This document shows positions 28,801 to 42,993 of a DNA stretch of 64,000 nt, piece after piece. The notes below the pieces were generated by a model that saw only the letters and a list, made by a program, of their open reading frames with translations, searched no databases and was not told the DNA's origin. Source of the stretch: Eledone cirrhosa (Eukaryota); assembly GCA_964016885.1 (NCBI GenBank), contig OZ024743.1, positions 128,960,001 through 129,024,000 on the forward strand, written 5' to 3'. The position numbers were made by a program, and so were the translations under genes. Each line of letters begins with the position of its first letter. Positions within the stretch are counted from its first letter, which is position 1.

Positions 28801-29170
28801 AAGGACCAAGCACCAAGCACCAAGCACCAAACACCAAGCACCAAACACCAAGCACCAAGCACCAAGCACCAAGTACAAACACCAAGCACCAAGCACCAAA
28901 CACCAAGCACCAAGCATCAAACACCAAACACCAAACACCAAGCACCAAGCACCAAGCATCAAACACCAAGCATATAACACCAAACACCAAGCACCAAGCA
29001 CCAAACACCAAGAACCAAGCACCAAGCACCATGCACCAAACACCAAGCACCAAGCACCAAGCACCAAGCATCAAACACCAAACACCAAGCACCAAGCATC
29101 AAACACCAAACACAAAGCACCAAACACCAAGCACAAATCACCATGCATCAAACACCAAGCAGCCAGCAGC
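20793..29170 (+). repeat. ~4.67-kb HOR, one full and one partial copy (period 4662-4683 bp)
   Basis: Offsets 21002/25664 = 4662. Offsets 21557/26240, 22026/26709, 22327/27010 = 4683. Offsets 23329/27991, 23724/28386 = 4662. Confidence 0.88.
22710..23060 (+). repeat. 188-bp (27-monomer) tandem sub-repeat, also at ~27.4-27.7, 43.6-43.9, 47.2-47.5 and 57.4-57.8 kb
   Basis: TACAAA at 22745/22933 and CATATAA at 22849/23037, both 188 bp apart. Confidence 0.85.
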
Positions 29171-30239
29171 AAGCACCAAACACCAAGCACCAAACACCTA
29201 ACACCAAACACCAAGCACCAAACACCAAGCACCAAACACCAAACACCAAGCAACAAGCATCAAACACCTAACACCAAGCACCAAACACCAAGCACTAAGC
29301 ACCAAGCACCAAGCACCAAACACCAAGCACCAAACACCAATCACCAAACACCAAGCACCAAAAACCAAACACCAAGCACCAAGCACCAAACACCAAGCAC
29401 CAAGCACCAAACACCAAGCACCAAGCACCAAGCACCAAGCACCAATCACCAAACACCAAGCACCAAGCATCAAACACCAAACACCAAGCACCAAACACCA
29501 AGCACCAATCACCATGCATCAAACACCAAGCAGCCAGCAGCAAGCACCAAACACCAAACACCAAGCACCAAGCACCAAAAACCAAACACCAAGCACCAAG
29601 CACCAAACACCAAGCACCAAGCACCAAACACCAAACACCAAGCACCAAGCACCAAACACCAAGCACCAAAGACCAAGCACCAAGCACCAAACACCAAGCC
29701 CCCAGCACCAAACACCAAGCACCCAGCACCAAACACCAAGCACCAAACACCAACCACCCAGCACCAAGCACCAAACACCAAGCAACAAACACCAAACACC
29801 ACGCACCAAGCACCAAGCACCAAACACCAAACACCAAACACCAAGCACCAAACACCAAACACCAAGCACCAGACACCAAGCACCAAACACGAAACACCAA
29901 ACACCAAGCACCAAGCACCAAACACCAAACACCAAACACCAAACACCAAACACCAAGCACCAAAAACCAAACACCAAGCACCAGACACCAAGCACCAAAC
30001 ACCAAACACCAAGCACCAAACACCAAACACCAAGCACCAAGCACCAAACACCAAACACCAAGCACCAAGCACCAAACACCAAGCACCAAAGACCAAACAC
30101 CAAACAGCAAACACCAAACACCATACAGCAAACACTGAACACCAAAAAGCAGACACCAAACAGCAAACACCAAACACCAAACACCAAACACCAAACAGCA
30201 AACACCAAACACCAAGCACCAAACACCAAGGACCAAGCA

Positions 30240-33140
30240 CCAAACACCTAACACCAAGCACCAAGCACCAAGCACCAAACACCAAGCACCAAACACCAAA
30301 CATCAAGCACCAAGCACCAAGTACCAAACACCAAGAACCAAGAACCAAACACCAAGCACCAAGCACCAAGTACAAACACCAAGCACCAAACACAAAACAC
30401 CAAGCACCAAGCACAAAGCATCAAACACCAAGCAGCAAACACCAAACACCAAGCACCAAGCACCAAACACAAAGCACCCAGCACCAAACACCAAGGACCA
30501 AGCACCAAGCACCAAAAACCAAACACCAAACACAAAACACAAAGCACCAAGCACCAAACACCAAACTCCAAGCACCAAGCACCAAGCACCAAACACCAAA
30601 CACCAAGCACCAAGCACCAAGCACCAGGCACCAAACACCAAGCACCAAGCACCAAACACCAAGCACCAAGCACCAAACACCAAACGCCAAACACCAAACA
30701 CCAAGAACCAAGAACCAAACACCAAGCACCAAGTACAAACACCAAGCACCAAGCACCAAGCACCAAACACCAAGCACCAAGCACCAAACACAAAACACCA
30801 AGCACCAAGCACCAAGCATCAAACACCAAGCAGCAAACACCAAACACCAAGCACCAAGCACCAAGCACCAAACACAATGCACCCAGCACCAAACACCAAG
30901 GACCAAGCACCAAGCACCAAGCACCAAAAACCAAACACGAAACACGAAACACCAAGCACCAAGCACCAAACACCAAACTCCAAGCACCAAGCACCAAACA
31001 CCAAACACCAAGCACCAAGCACCAAGCACCAGGCACCAAACACCAAGCACCAAGCACCAAACACCAAGCACCAAGCACCAAACACCAAACACCAAACACC
31101 AAACAGCAAACAACATACAGCAAACACCAAACACCAAAAAGCAAACACCAAACACCAAACAGCAAACACCAAACAACAAACACCAAACAACAAACACCAA
31201 ACAGCAAACAGCAAACACCAAACACCAAGCACCAAGCACCAAACACCAAACACCAAACACCAAGCACCAGGCACCACACACCAAGCACCAAGCACCAAAC
31301 ACCAAGCACCTAGCACCAAACACTAAGCACCAAGCACCAAACACTAAGCACCAAGCACCAAACACCAAGCACCAAGCACCAAACACCAAGCACCAAGCAC
31401 CAAGCACCAAACACCAAACACCAAGCACCAAAGACCAAGCACCAAGCACCAAACACCAAGCACCCAGCACCAAACACCAAGCACTAAACACCAACCACCC
31501 AGCACCAAACACCAAACACCAAGCATCAAGCACCTAACACCAAACACCAAACACCAAGCACCAAGCACCAAGCACCAAACACCAAGCACCCAGCACCAAA
31601 CACCAAACACCAAGCACAAAACACCAAGCACCAATCACCAAGCATCAAACACCAAGCAGCCAGCAGCAAGCACCAAACACCAAACACCAAGCACCAAGCA
31701 CCAAAAACCAAACACCAAGCACCAAGCACCAAACACCTAACACCAAGCACCAAGCACCAAGTACCAAGCACCAAACACCAAGCACCAAACACCAAACATC
31801 AAGCACCAAGCACCAAGTACCAAACACCAAGAACCAAGAACCAAACGCCAAGCACCAAGCACCAAGTACAAACACCAAGTACCAAGCACCAAGCACCAAA
31901 CACCAAGAACCAAGCACCAAACACAAAACACCAAGCACCAAGCACCAAGCATCAAACACCAAGCAGCAAACACCAAGTACCAAGCACAAAACACAAAGCA
32001 CCCAGCACCAAACACCAAGGACCAAGCACCAAGCACCAAAAACCAAACACCAAACACAAAACACAAAGCACCAAGCACCAAACACCAAACTCCAAGCACC
32101 AAGCACCAAGCACCACACACCAAACACCAAGCACCAAGCACCAAGCACCAGGCACCAAACACCAAGCACCAAGCACCAAACACCAAGCACCAAGCACCAA
32201 ACACCAAACGCCAAACACCAAACACCAAGAACCAAGAACCAAACAGCAATCACCAAGCACCAAGTACAAACACCAAGCACCAAGCACCAAGCACCAAACA
32301 CCAAGCACCAAGCACCAAACACAAAACACCAACCACCAAGCACCAAGCATCAAACACCAAGCAGCAAACACCAAACACCAAGCACCAAGCACCAAGCACC
32401 AAACACAATGCACCCAGCACCAAACACCAAGGACCAGGCACCAAGCACCAAGCACCAAAAACCAAACACGAAACACGAAACACCAAGCACCAAGCACCAA
32501 ACACCAAACTCCAAGCACCAAGCACCAAACACCAAACACCAAGCACCAAGCACCAAGCACCAGGCACCAAACACCAAGCACCAAGCACCAAACACCAAGC
32601 AACAAGCACCAAACACCAAACACCAAACACCAAACACCAAACAACATACAGCAAACACCAAACACCAAAAAGCAAACACCAAACACCAAACAGCAAACAC
32701 CAAACAACAAACACCAAACAACAAACACCAAACAGCAAACAGCAAACACCAAACACCAAGCACCAAGCACCAAACAGTAAGCACCAAACACCAAGCACCA
32801 AGCACCAAACACCAAACACTAAGCACCAAGCACCAAACACTAAGCACCAAGCACCAAACACCAAGCACCAGGCACCAAACACCAAGCACCAAGCACCAAG
32901 CACCAAACACCAAACACCAAGCACCAAAGACCAAGCACCAAGCACCAAACACCAAGCACCCAGCACCAAACACCAAGCACTAAACACCAACCACCCAGCA
33001 CCAAGCACCAAACACCAAGCACCAAGCACCTAAAACCAAACACCAAACACCAAGCACCAAGCACCAAGCACCAAACACCAAGCACCTAGCACCAAACACC
33101 AAACACCAAGCACAAAACACCAAGCACCAATCACCAAGCA
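30240..33140 (+). repeat. ~1531-bp diverged tandem sub-repeat nested in the 5.6-6.0-kb HOR (1538 bp in the second copy)
   Basis: Offsets 30421/31952, 30819/32350, 30877/32408 = 1531, and 36454/37992 = 1538. Confidence 0.85.
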
Positions 33141-36100
33141 CCAAACACCAAACACCAAGCACCAAACACCTAACACCAAACACCAAGCACCAAACACCAA
33201 GCACCAAACACCAAACACCAAGCAACAAGCATCAAACACCTAACACCAAGCACCAAACACCAAGCACTAAGCACCAAGCACCAAGCACCAAACACCAAGC
33301 ACCAAACACCAAGCACCAAACACCAAGCACCAAGCACCAAACACCAAGCACCAAGCACCAAACACCAAGAAACAAGCACCAAGCACCAAGTACAAACACC
33401 AAGCACCAAGCACCAAACACCAAGCACCAAGCACCAAGCATCAAACACCAAGCACCAAACACCAAGCACCAAGCACCAAGCATCAAACACCAAGCATATA
33501 ACACCAAACACCAAACACCAAGCACCAAACACCAAACACCAAGCACCAAGCACCAAACACCTAACACCAAGCACCAAACACCAAGCACCAAACACCAAGC
33601 ACCAAGCACCAAGCACCAAACACCAAGCACCAAACACCAAGCACCAAACACCAAGCACCAAGCACCAAACACCAAGCACCAAGCACCAAACACCAAGAAC
33701 CAAGCACCAAGCACCAAGTACAAACACCAAGCACCAAGCACCAAACACCAAGCACCTAGCACCAAACACCAAACACCAAGCACCAATCACCAAGCACCAA
33801 ACACCAAGCAGCCAGCACCAAAAACCAGACACCAAGCACCAAGCACCAAAAACCAGACACCAAGCACCAAGCACCAAACACCTAACACCAAGCACCAAGC
33901 ACCAAGTACCAAGCACCAAACACCAAGCACCAATCACCAAACACCAAACACCAAGCACCAAGCACCAAGCACCAAGCACCAAACACCAAGCACCAAACAC
34001 CAAGCACCAAACACAAGCACCAAGCACCAAACACCAAGCACCAAGCACCAAACACCAAGCACCAAGCACCAAGCATCAAACACCAAGCACCAAACACCAA
34101 ACACCAAGCACCAAGCACCAACATCAAACACCAAGCATATAACACCAAGCACCAAGCACCAAGCAAAAAGCACCAAACACCATGCACCAAACACCAAACA
34201 CCAAGCACCAAACACCAAACACCAAGCACCAAGCACCAAACACGTAACACCAAGCACCAAACACCAAGCACCAAACACCAACCACCAAACACCAAGCACC
34301 AAGCACCAAGCACCAAACACCAAGCACCAAACACCAAGCACCAAACACCTAACACCAAGCACCAAGCACCAAGTACCAAGCACCAAACACCAAGCACCAA
34401 ACACCAAACACCAAGCACCAAACACCAAACACCAAGCACCAAGCACCAAACACCTAACACCAACCACCAAACACCAACCACCAAACACCAAGCACCAAGG
34501 ACCAAGCACCAAGCACCAAGCACCAAATACCAAGCACCAAACACCAAGCACCAAGCACCAAGCACCAAGTACAAACACCAAGCACCAAGCACCAAACACC
34601 AAGCCCCAAGCATCAAACACCAAACACCAAACACCAAGCACCAAGCACCAAGCATCAAACACCAAGCATATAACACCAAACACCAAACACCATGCACCAA
34701 ACACCAAGCACCAAGCACCAAGCACCAAGCACCAAGCATCAAACACCAAACACCAAGCACCAAGCATCAAACACCAAACACCAAGCACCAAACACCAAGC
34801 ACAAATCACCATGCATCAAACACCAAGCAGCCAGCAGCAAGCACCAAACACCAAACACCAAACACCAAGCACCAAAAACCAAACACCAAGCACCAAGCTC
34901 CAAACACCAAGCACCAAGCACCAAACACCAAGCACCAAGCACCAAGCACCAAACACAAAGCACCAAAGACCAAGCACCAAGCACCAAACACCAAGCACCC
35001 AGCACCAAACACCAAGGACCAAGCACCAAGCACCAAGCACCAATCACCAAACACCAAGCACCAAGCATCAAACACCAAACACCAAGCACCAAACACCAAG
35101 CACCAATCACCATGCATCAAACACCAAGCAGCCAGCAGCAAGCACCAAACACCAAACACCAAGCACCAAGCACCAAAAACCAAACACCAAGCACCAAGCA
35201 CCAAACACCAAGCACCAAGCACCAAACACCAAACACCAAGCACCAAGCACCAAACACCAAGCACCAAAGACCAAGCACCAAGCACCAAACACCAAGCCCC
35301 CAGCACCAAACACCAAGCACCCAGCACCAAACACCAAGCACCAAACACCAACCACCCAGCACCAAGCACCAAACACCAAGCAACAAACACCAAACACCAC
35401 GCACCAAGCACCAAGCACCAAACACCAAACACCAAACACCAAGCACCAAATACCAATCACCAAGCACCAGACACCAAGCACCAAACACGAAACACCAAAC
35501 ACCAAGCACCAAGCACCAAACACCAAACACCAAACACCAAACACCAAACACCAAGCACCAAAAACCAAACACCAAGCACCAGACACCAAGCACCAAACAC
35601 CAAACACCAAGCACCAAACACCAAACACCAAGCACCAAGCACCAAACACCAAACACCAAGCACCAAGCACCAAACACCAAGCACCAAAGACCAAACACCA
35701 TACAGCAAACACTGAACACCAAAAAGCAGACACCAAACAGCAAACACCAAACACCAAACACCAAACACCAAACAGCAAACACCAAACACCAAGCACCAAA
35801 CACCAAGGACCAAGCACCAAACACCTAACACCAAGCACCAAGCACCAAGCACCAAACACCAAGCACCAAACACCAAACATCAAGCACCAAGCACCAAGTA
35901 CCAAACACCAAGAACCAAGAACCAAACACCAAGCACCAAGCACCAAGTACAAACACCAAGCACCAAACACAAAACACCAAGCACCAAGCACAAAGCATCA
36001 AACACCAAGCAGCAAACACCAAACACCAAGCACCAAGCACCAAACACAAAGCACCCAGCACCAAACACCAAGGACCAAGCACCAAGCACCAAAAACCAAA

Positions 36101-39039
36101 CACCAAACACAAAACACAAAGCACCAAGCACCAAACACCAAACTCCAAGCACCAAGCACCAAGCACCAAACACCAAACACCAAGCACCAAGCACCAAGCA
36201 CCAGGCACCAAACACCAAGCACCAAGCACCAAACACCAAGCACCAAGCACCAAACACCAAACGCCAAACACCAAACACCAAGAACCAAGAACCAAACACC
36301 AAGCACCAAGTACAAACACCAAGCACCAAGCACCAAGCACCAAACACCAAGCACCAAGCACCAAACACAAAACACCAAGCACCAAGCACCAAGCATCAAA
36401 CACCAAGCAGCAAACACCAAACACCAAGCACCAAGCACCAAGCACCAAACACAATGCACCCAGCACCAAACACCAAGGACCAAGCACCAAGCACCAAGCA
36501 CCAAAAACCAAACACGAAACACGAAACACCAAGCACCAAGCACCAAACACCAAACTCCAAGCACCAAGCACCAAACACCAAACACCAAGCACCAAGCACC
36601 AAGCACCAGGCACCAAACACCAAGCACCAAGCACCAAACACCAAGCACCAAGCACCAAACACCAAACACCAAACACCAAACAGCAAACAACATACAGCAA
36701 ACACCAAATACCAAAAAGCAAACACCAAACACCAAACAGCAAACACCAAACAACAAACACCAAACAACAAACACCAAACAGCAAACAGCAAACACCAAAC
36801 ACCAAGCACCAAGCACCAAACACCAAACACCAAACACCAAGCACCAGGCACCACACACCAAGCACCAAGCACCAAACACCAAGCACCTAGCACCAAACAC
36901 TAAGCACCAAGCACCAAACACTAAGCACCAAGCACCAAACACCAAGCACCAAGCACCAAACACCAAGCACCAAGCACCAAGCACCAAATACCAAACACCA
37001 AGCACCAAAGACCAAGCACCAAGCACCAAACACCAAGCACCCAGCACCAAACACCAAGCACTAAACACCAACCACCCAGCACCAAACACCAAACACCAAG
37101 CATCAAGCACCTAACACCAAACACCAAACACCAAGCACCAAGCACCAAGCACCAAACACCAAGCACCCAGCACCAAACACCAAACACCAAGCACAAAACA
37201 CCAAGCACCAATCACCAAGCATCAAACACCAAGCAGCCAGCAGCAAGCACCAAACACCAAACACCAAGCACCAAGCACCAAAAACCAAACACCAAGCACC
37301 AAGCACCAAACACCTAACACCAAGCACCAAGCACCAAGTACCAAGCACCAAACACCAAGCACCAAACACCAAACATCAAGCACCAAGCACCAAGTACCAA
37401 ACACCAAGAACCAAGAACCAAACGCCAAGCACCAAGCACCAAGTACAAACACCAAGTACCAAGCACCAAGCACCAAACACCAAGAACCAAGCACCAAACA
37501 CAAAACACCAAGCACCAAGCACCAAGCATCAAACACCAAGCAGCAAACACCAAACACCAAGTACCAAGCACAAAACACAAAGCACCCAGCACCAAACACC
37601 AAGGACCAAGCACCAAGCACCAAAAACCAAACACCAAACACAAAACACAAAGCACCAAGCACCAAACACCAAACTCCAAGCACCAAGCACCAAGCACCAC
37701 ACACCAAACACCAAGCACCAAGCACCAAGCACCAGGCACCAAACACCAAGCACCAAGCACCAAACACCAAGCACCAAGCACCAAACACCAAACGCCAAAC
37801 ACCAAACACCAAGAACCAAGAACCAAACACCAATCACCAAGCACCAAGTACAAACACCAAGCACCAAGCACCAAGCACCAAACACCAAGCACCAAGCACC
37901 AAACACAAAACACCAACCACCAAGCACCAAGCATCAAACACCAAGCAGCAAACACCAAACACCAAGCACCAAGCACCAAGCACCAAACACAATGCACCCA
38001 GCACCAAACACCAAGGACCAGGCACCAAGCACCAAGCACCAAAAACCAAACACGAAACACGAAACACCAAGCACCAAGCACCAAACACCAAACTCCAAGC
38101 ACCAAGCACCAAACACCAAACACCAAGCACCAAGCACCAAGCACCAGGCACCAAACACCAAGCACCAAGCACCAAACACCAAGCAACAAGCACCAAACAC
38201 CAAACACCAAACACCAAACACCAAACAACATACAGCAAACACCAAACACCAAAAAGCAAACACCAAACACCAAACAGCAAACACCAAACAACAAACACCA
38301 AACAACAAACACCAAACAGCAAACAGCAAACACCAAACACCAAGCACCAAGCACCAAACAGTAAGCACCAAACACCAAGCACCAAGCACCAAACACCAAA
38401 CACTAAGCACCAAGCACCAAACACTAAGCACCAAGCACCAAACACCAAGCACCAGGCACCAAACACCAAGCACCAAGCACCAAGCACCAAACACCAAACA
38501 CCAAGCACCAAAGACCAAGCACCAAGCACCAAACACCAAGCACCCAGCACCAAACACCAAGCACTAAACACCAACCACCCAGCACCAAGCACCAAACACC
38601 AAGCACCAAGCACCTAAAACCAAACACCAAACACCAAGCACCAAGCACCAAGCACCAAACACCAAGCACCGAGCACCAAACACCAAACACCAAGCACAAA
38701 ACACCAAGCACCAATCACCAAGCATCAAACACCAAGCAGCCAGCAGCAAGCACCAAACACCAAACACCAAGCACCAAGCACCAAAAACCAAACACCAAGC
38801 ACCAAGCACCAAACACCTAACACGAAGCACCAAGCACCAAGTACCAAGCACCAAACACCAAGCACCAAACACCAAGCACCAAACACCAAGCACCAAACAC
38901 CAAACACCAAGCACCAAACACCTAACACCAAACACCAAGCACCAAACACCAAGCACCAAACACCAAACACCAAGCAACAAGCATCAAACACCTAACACCA
39001 AGCACCAAACACCAAGCACTAAGCACCAAGCACCAAGCA

Positions 39040-39530
39040 CCAAACACCAAGCACCAAACACCAAGCACCAAACACCAAGCACCAAGCACCAAACACCAAG
39101 CACCAAGCACCAAACACCAAGAACCAAGCACCAAGCACCAAGTACAAACACCAAGCACCAAGCACCAAACACCAAGCACCAAGCACCAAGCATCAAACAC
39201 CAAGCACCAAACACCAAGCACCAAGCACCAAGCATCAAACACCAAGCATATAACACCAAACACCAAACACCAAACACCAAACACCAAACACCAAGCACCA
39301 AACACCAAGCACCAAACACCAAGCACCAAACACCAAGCACCAAGCACCAAACACCAAGCACCAAGCACCAAACACCAAGAACCAAGCACCAAGCACCAAG
39401 TACAAACACCAAGCACCAAGCACCAAACACCAAGCACCAAGCACCAAGCATCAAACACCAAGCACCAAACACCAAGCACCAAGCACCAAGCATCAAACAC
39501 CAAGCATATAACACCAAACACCAAACACCA
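39040..39530 (+). repeat. 258-bp (37-monomer) local tandem duplication
   Basis: CATATAA at 39247 and 39505. Accounts for the offset change from 5752 to 6010 against the 33-kb copy. Confidence 0.85.
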
Positions 39531-41047
39531 AGCACCAAACACCAAACACCAAGCACCAAGCACCAAACACCTAACACCAAGCACCAAACACCAAGCACCA
39601 AACACCAAGCACCAAGCACCAAGCACCAAACACCAAGCACCAAACACCAAGCACCAAACACCAAGCACCAAGCACCAAACACCAAGCACCAAGCACCAAA
39701 CACCAAGAACCAAGCACCAAGCACCAAGTACAAACACCAAGCACCAAGCACCAAACACCAAGCACCTAGCACCAAACACCAAACACCAAGCACCAATCAC
39801 CAAGCACCAAACACCAAGCAGCCAGCACCAAAAACCAGACACCAAGCACCAAGCACCAAAAACCAGACACCAAGCACCAAGCACCAAACACCTAACACCA
39901 AGCACCAAGCACCAAGTACCAAGCACCAAACACCAAGCACCAATCACCAAACACCAAACACCAAGCACCAAGCACCAAGCACCAAGCACCAAACACCAAG
40001 CACCAAACACCAAGCACCAAACACAAGCACCAAGCACCAAACACCAAGCACCAAGCACCAAACACCAAGCACCAAGCACCAAGCATCAAACACCAAGCAC
40101 CAAACACCAAACACCAAGCACCAAGCACCAACATCAAACACCAAGCATATAACACCAAGCACCAAGCACCAAGCAAAAAGCACCAAACACCATGCACCAA
40201 ACACCAAACACCAAGCACCAAACACCAAACACCAAGCACCAAGCACCAAACACGTAACACCAAGCACCAAACACCAAGCACCAAACACCAACCACCAAAC
40301 ACCAAGCACCAAGCACCAAGCACCAAACACCAAGCACCAAACACCAAGCACCAAACACCTAACACCAAGCACCAAGCACCAAGTACCAAGCACCAAACAC
40401 CAAGCACCAAACACCAAACACCAAGCACCAAACACCAAACACCAAGCACCAAGCACCAAACACCTAACACCAACCACCAAACACCTACCACCAAACACCA
40501 AGCACCAAGGACCAAGCACCAAGCACCAAGCACCAAATACCAAGCACCAAACACCAAGCACCAAGCACCAAGCACCAAGTACAAACACCAAGCACCAAGC
40601 ACCAAACACCAAGCCCCAAGCATCAAACACCAAACACCAAACACCAAGCACCAAGCACCAAGCATCAAACACCAAGCATATAACACCAAACACCAAACAC
40701 CAAGCACCAAACACCAAGCACCAAGCACCAAGCACCAAGCACCAAGCATCAAACACCAAACACCAAGCACCAAGCATCAAACACCAAACACCAAGCACCA
40801 AACACCAAGCACAAATCACCATGCATCAAACACCAAGCAGCCAGCAGCAAGCACCAAACACCAAACACCAAACACCAAGCACCAAAAACCAAACACCAAG
40901 CACCAAGCTCCAAACACCAAGCACCAAGCACCAAACACCAAGCACCAAGCACCAAGCACCAAACACAAAGCACCAAAGACCAAGCACCAAGCACCAAACA
41001 CCAAGCACCCAGCACCAAACACCAAGGACCAAGCACCAAGCACCAAG

Positions 41048-42993
41048 CACCAAAAACCAAACACGAAACACGAAATACCAAGCACCAAGCACCAAACACC
41101 AAACTCCAAGCACCAAACACCAAACACCAAGCACCAAGCACCAAGCACCAGGCACCAAACACCAAGCACGAAGCACCAAACACCAAGCACCAAGCACCAA
41201 ACACCAAACACCAAACACCAAACAGCAAACAACATACAGCAAACACCAAACACCAAAAAGCAAACACCAAACACCAAACAGCAAACACCAAACAACAAAC
41301 ACCAAACAACAAACACCAAACAGCAAACAGCAAACACCAAGCACCAGGCACCAAACACCAAACACCAAGCACCAGGCACCAAACACCAAGCACCAAGCAC
41401 CAAACACCAAGCACCTAGCACCAAACACAAAGCACCAAGCACCAAACACTAAGCACCAAGCACCAAACACCAAGCACCAAGCACCAAACACCAAGCACCA
41501 AGCACCAAGCACCAAACACCAAACACCAAGCACCAAAGACCAAGCACCAAGCACCAAACACCAAGCACCCAGCACCAAACACCAAGCACTAAACACCAAC
41601 CACTCAGCACCAAGCACCAAACACCAAGCATCAAGCACCAAGCACCAAACACCAAGCACCTAGCACCAAACACCAAACACCAAGCACAAAACACCAAGCA
41701 CCAATCACCAAGCATCAAACACCAAGCAGCCAGCAGCAAGCACCAAACACCAAACACCAAGCACCAAGCACCAAAAACCAAACACCAAGCACCAAGCACC
41801 AAACACCTAACACCAAGCACCAAGCACCAAGTACCAAGCACCAAACACCAAGCACCAAACACCAAACATCAAGCACCAAGCACCAAGTACCAAACACCAA
41901 GAACCAAGAACCAAACACCAAGCACCAAGCACCAAGTACAAACACCAAGTACCAAGCACCAAGCACCAAACACCAAGCACCAAGCACCAAACACCAAGAA
42001 CCAAGCACCAAACACAAAACACCAAGCACCAAGCACCAAGCATCAAACACCAAGCAGCAAACACCAAACACCAAGCACCAAGCACAAAACACAAAGCACC
42101 CAGCACCAAACACCAAGGACCAAGCACCAAGCACCAAAAACCAAACACCAAACACAAAACACAAAGCACCAAGCACCAAACACCAAACTCCAAGCACCAA
42201 GCACCAAGCACCAAACACCAAACACCAAGCACCAAGCACCAAGCACCAGGCACCAAACACCAAGCACCAAGCACCAAACACCAAGCACCAAGCACCAAAC
42301 ACCAAACGCCAAACACCAAACACCAAGAACCAAGAACCAAACACCAAGCACTAAGCACCAAGCACCAAACACCAAGCACCAAGCACCAAACACAAAACAC
42401 CAACCACCAAGCACCAAGCATCAAACACCAAGCAGCAAACACCAAACACCAAGCACCAAGCACCAAGCACCAAACACAATGCACCCAGCACCAAACACCA
42501 AGGACCAAGCACCAAGCACCAAGCACCAAAAACCAAACACGAAACACGAAACACCAAGCACCAAGCACCAAACACCAAACTCCAAGCACCAAGCACCAAA
42601 CACCAAGCACCAAGCACCAAGCACCAGGCACCAAACACCAAGCACCAAGCACCAAACACCAAGCAACAAGCACCAAACACCAAACACCAAACACCAAACA
42701 CCAAACAACATACAGCAAACACCAAACACCAAAAAGCAAACACCAAACACCAAACAGCAAACACCAAACAACAAACACCAAACAACAAACACCAAACAGC
42801 AAACAGCAAACACCAAACACCAAGCACCAAGCACCAAACACTAAGCACCAAACACCAAGCACCAAGCACCAAACACCAAACACTAAGCACCAAGCACCAA
42901 ACACTAAGCACCAAGCACCAAACACCAAGCACTAAGCACCAAACACCAAGCACCAAGCACCAAGCACCAAACACCAAACACCAAGCACCAAAG
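41048..42993 (+). repeat. Rearranged partial copy of the preceding HOR, bridging to the right-hand domain
   Basis: Carries markers of 36.5-38.6 kb (CACAATGCACCCAG at ~42475, CACAAAACACAAAG, CACCAACCACCAAG) with several whole-monomer indels. Confidence 0.75.

Larger units (their letters stand above)
29440..41047 (+). repeat. ~5.6-6.0-kb HOR, two tandem copies (~29440-35037 and ~35038-41047)
   Basis: Offsets step through 5598 (29509/35107), 5577 (30248/35825, 30877/36454), 5584 (32250/37834), 5752 (33170/38922) and 6010 (33882/39892, 34806/40816). Confidence 0.9.
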
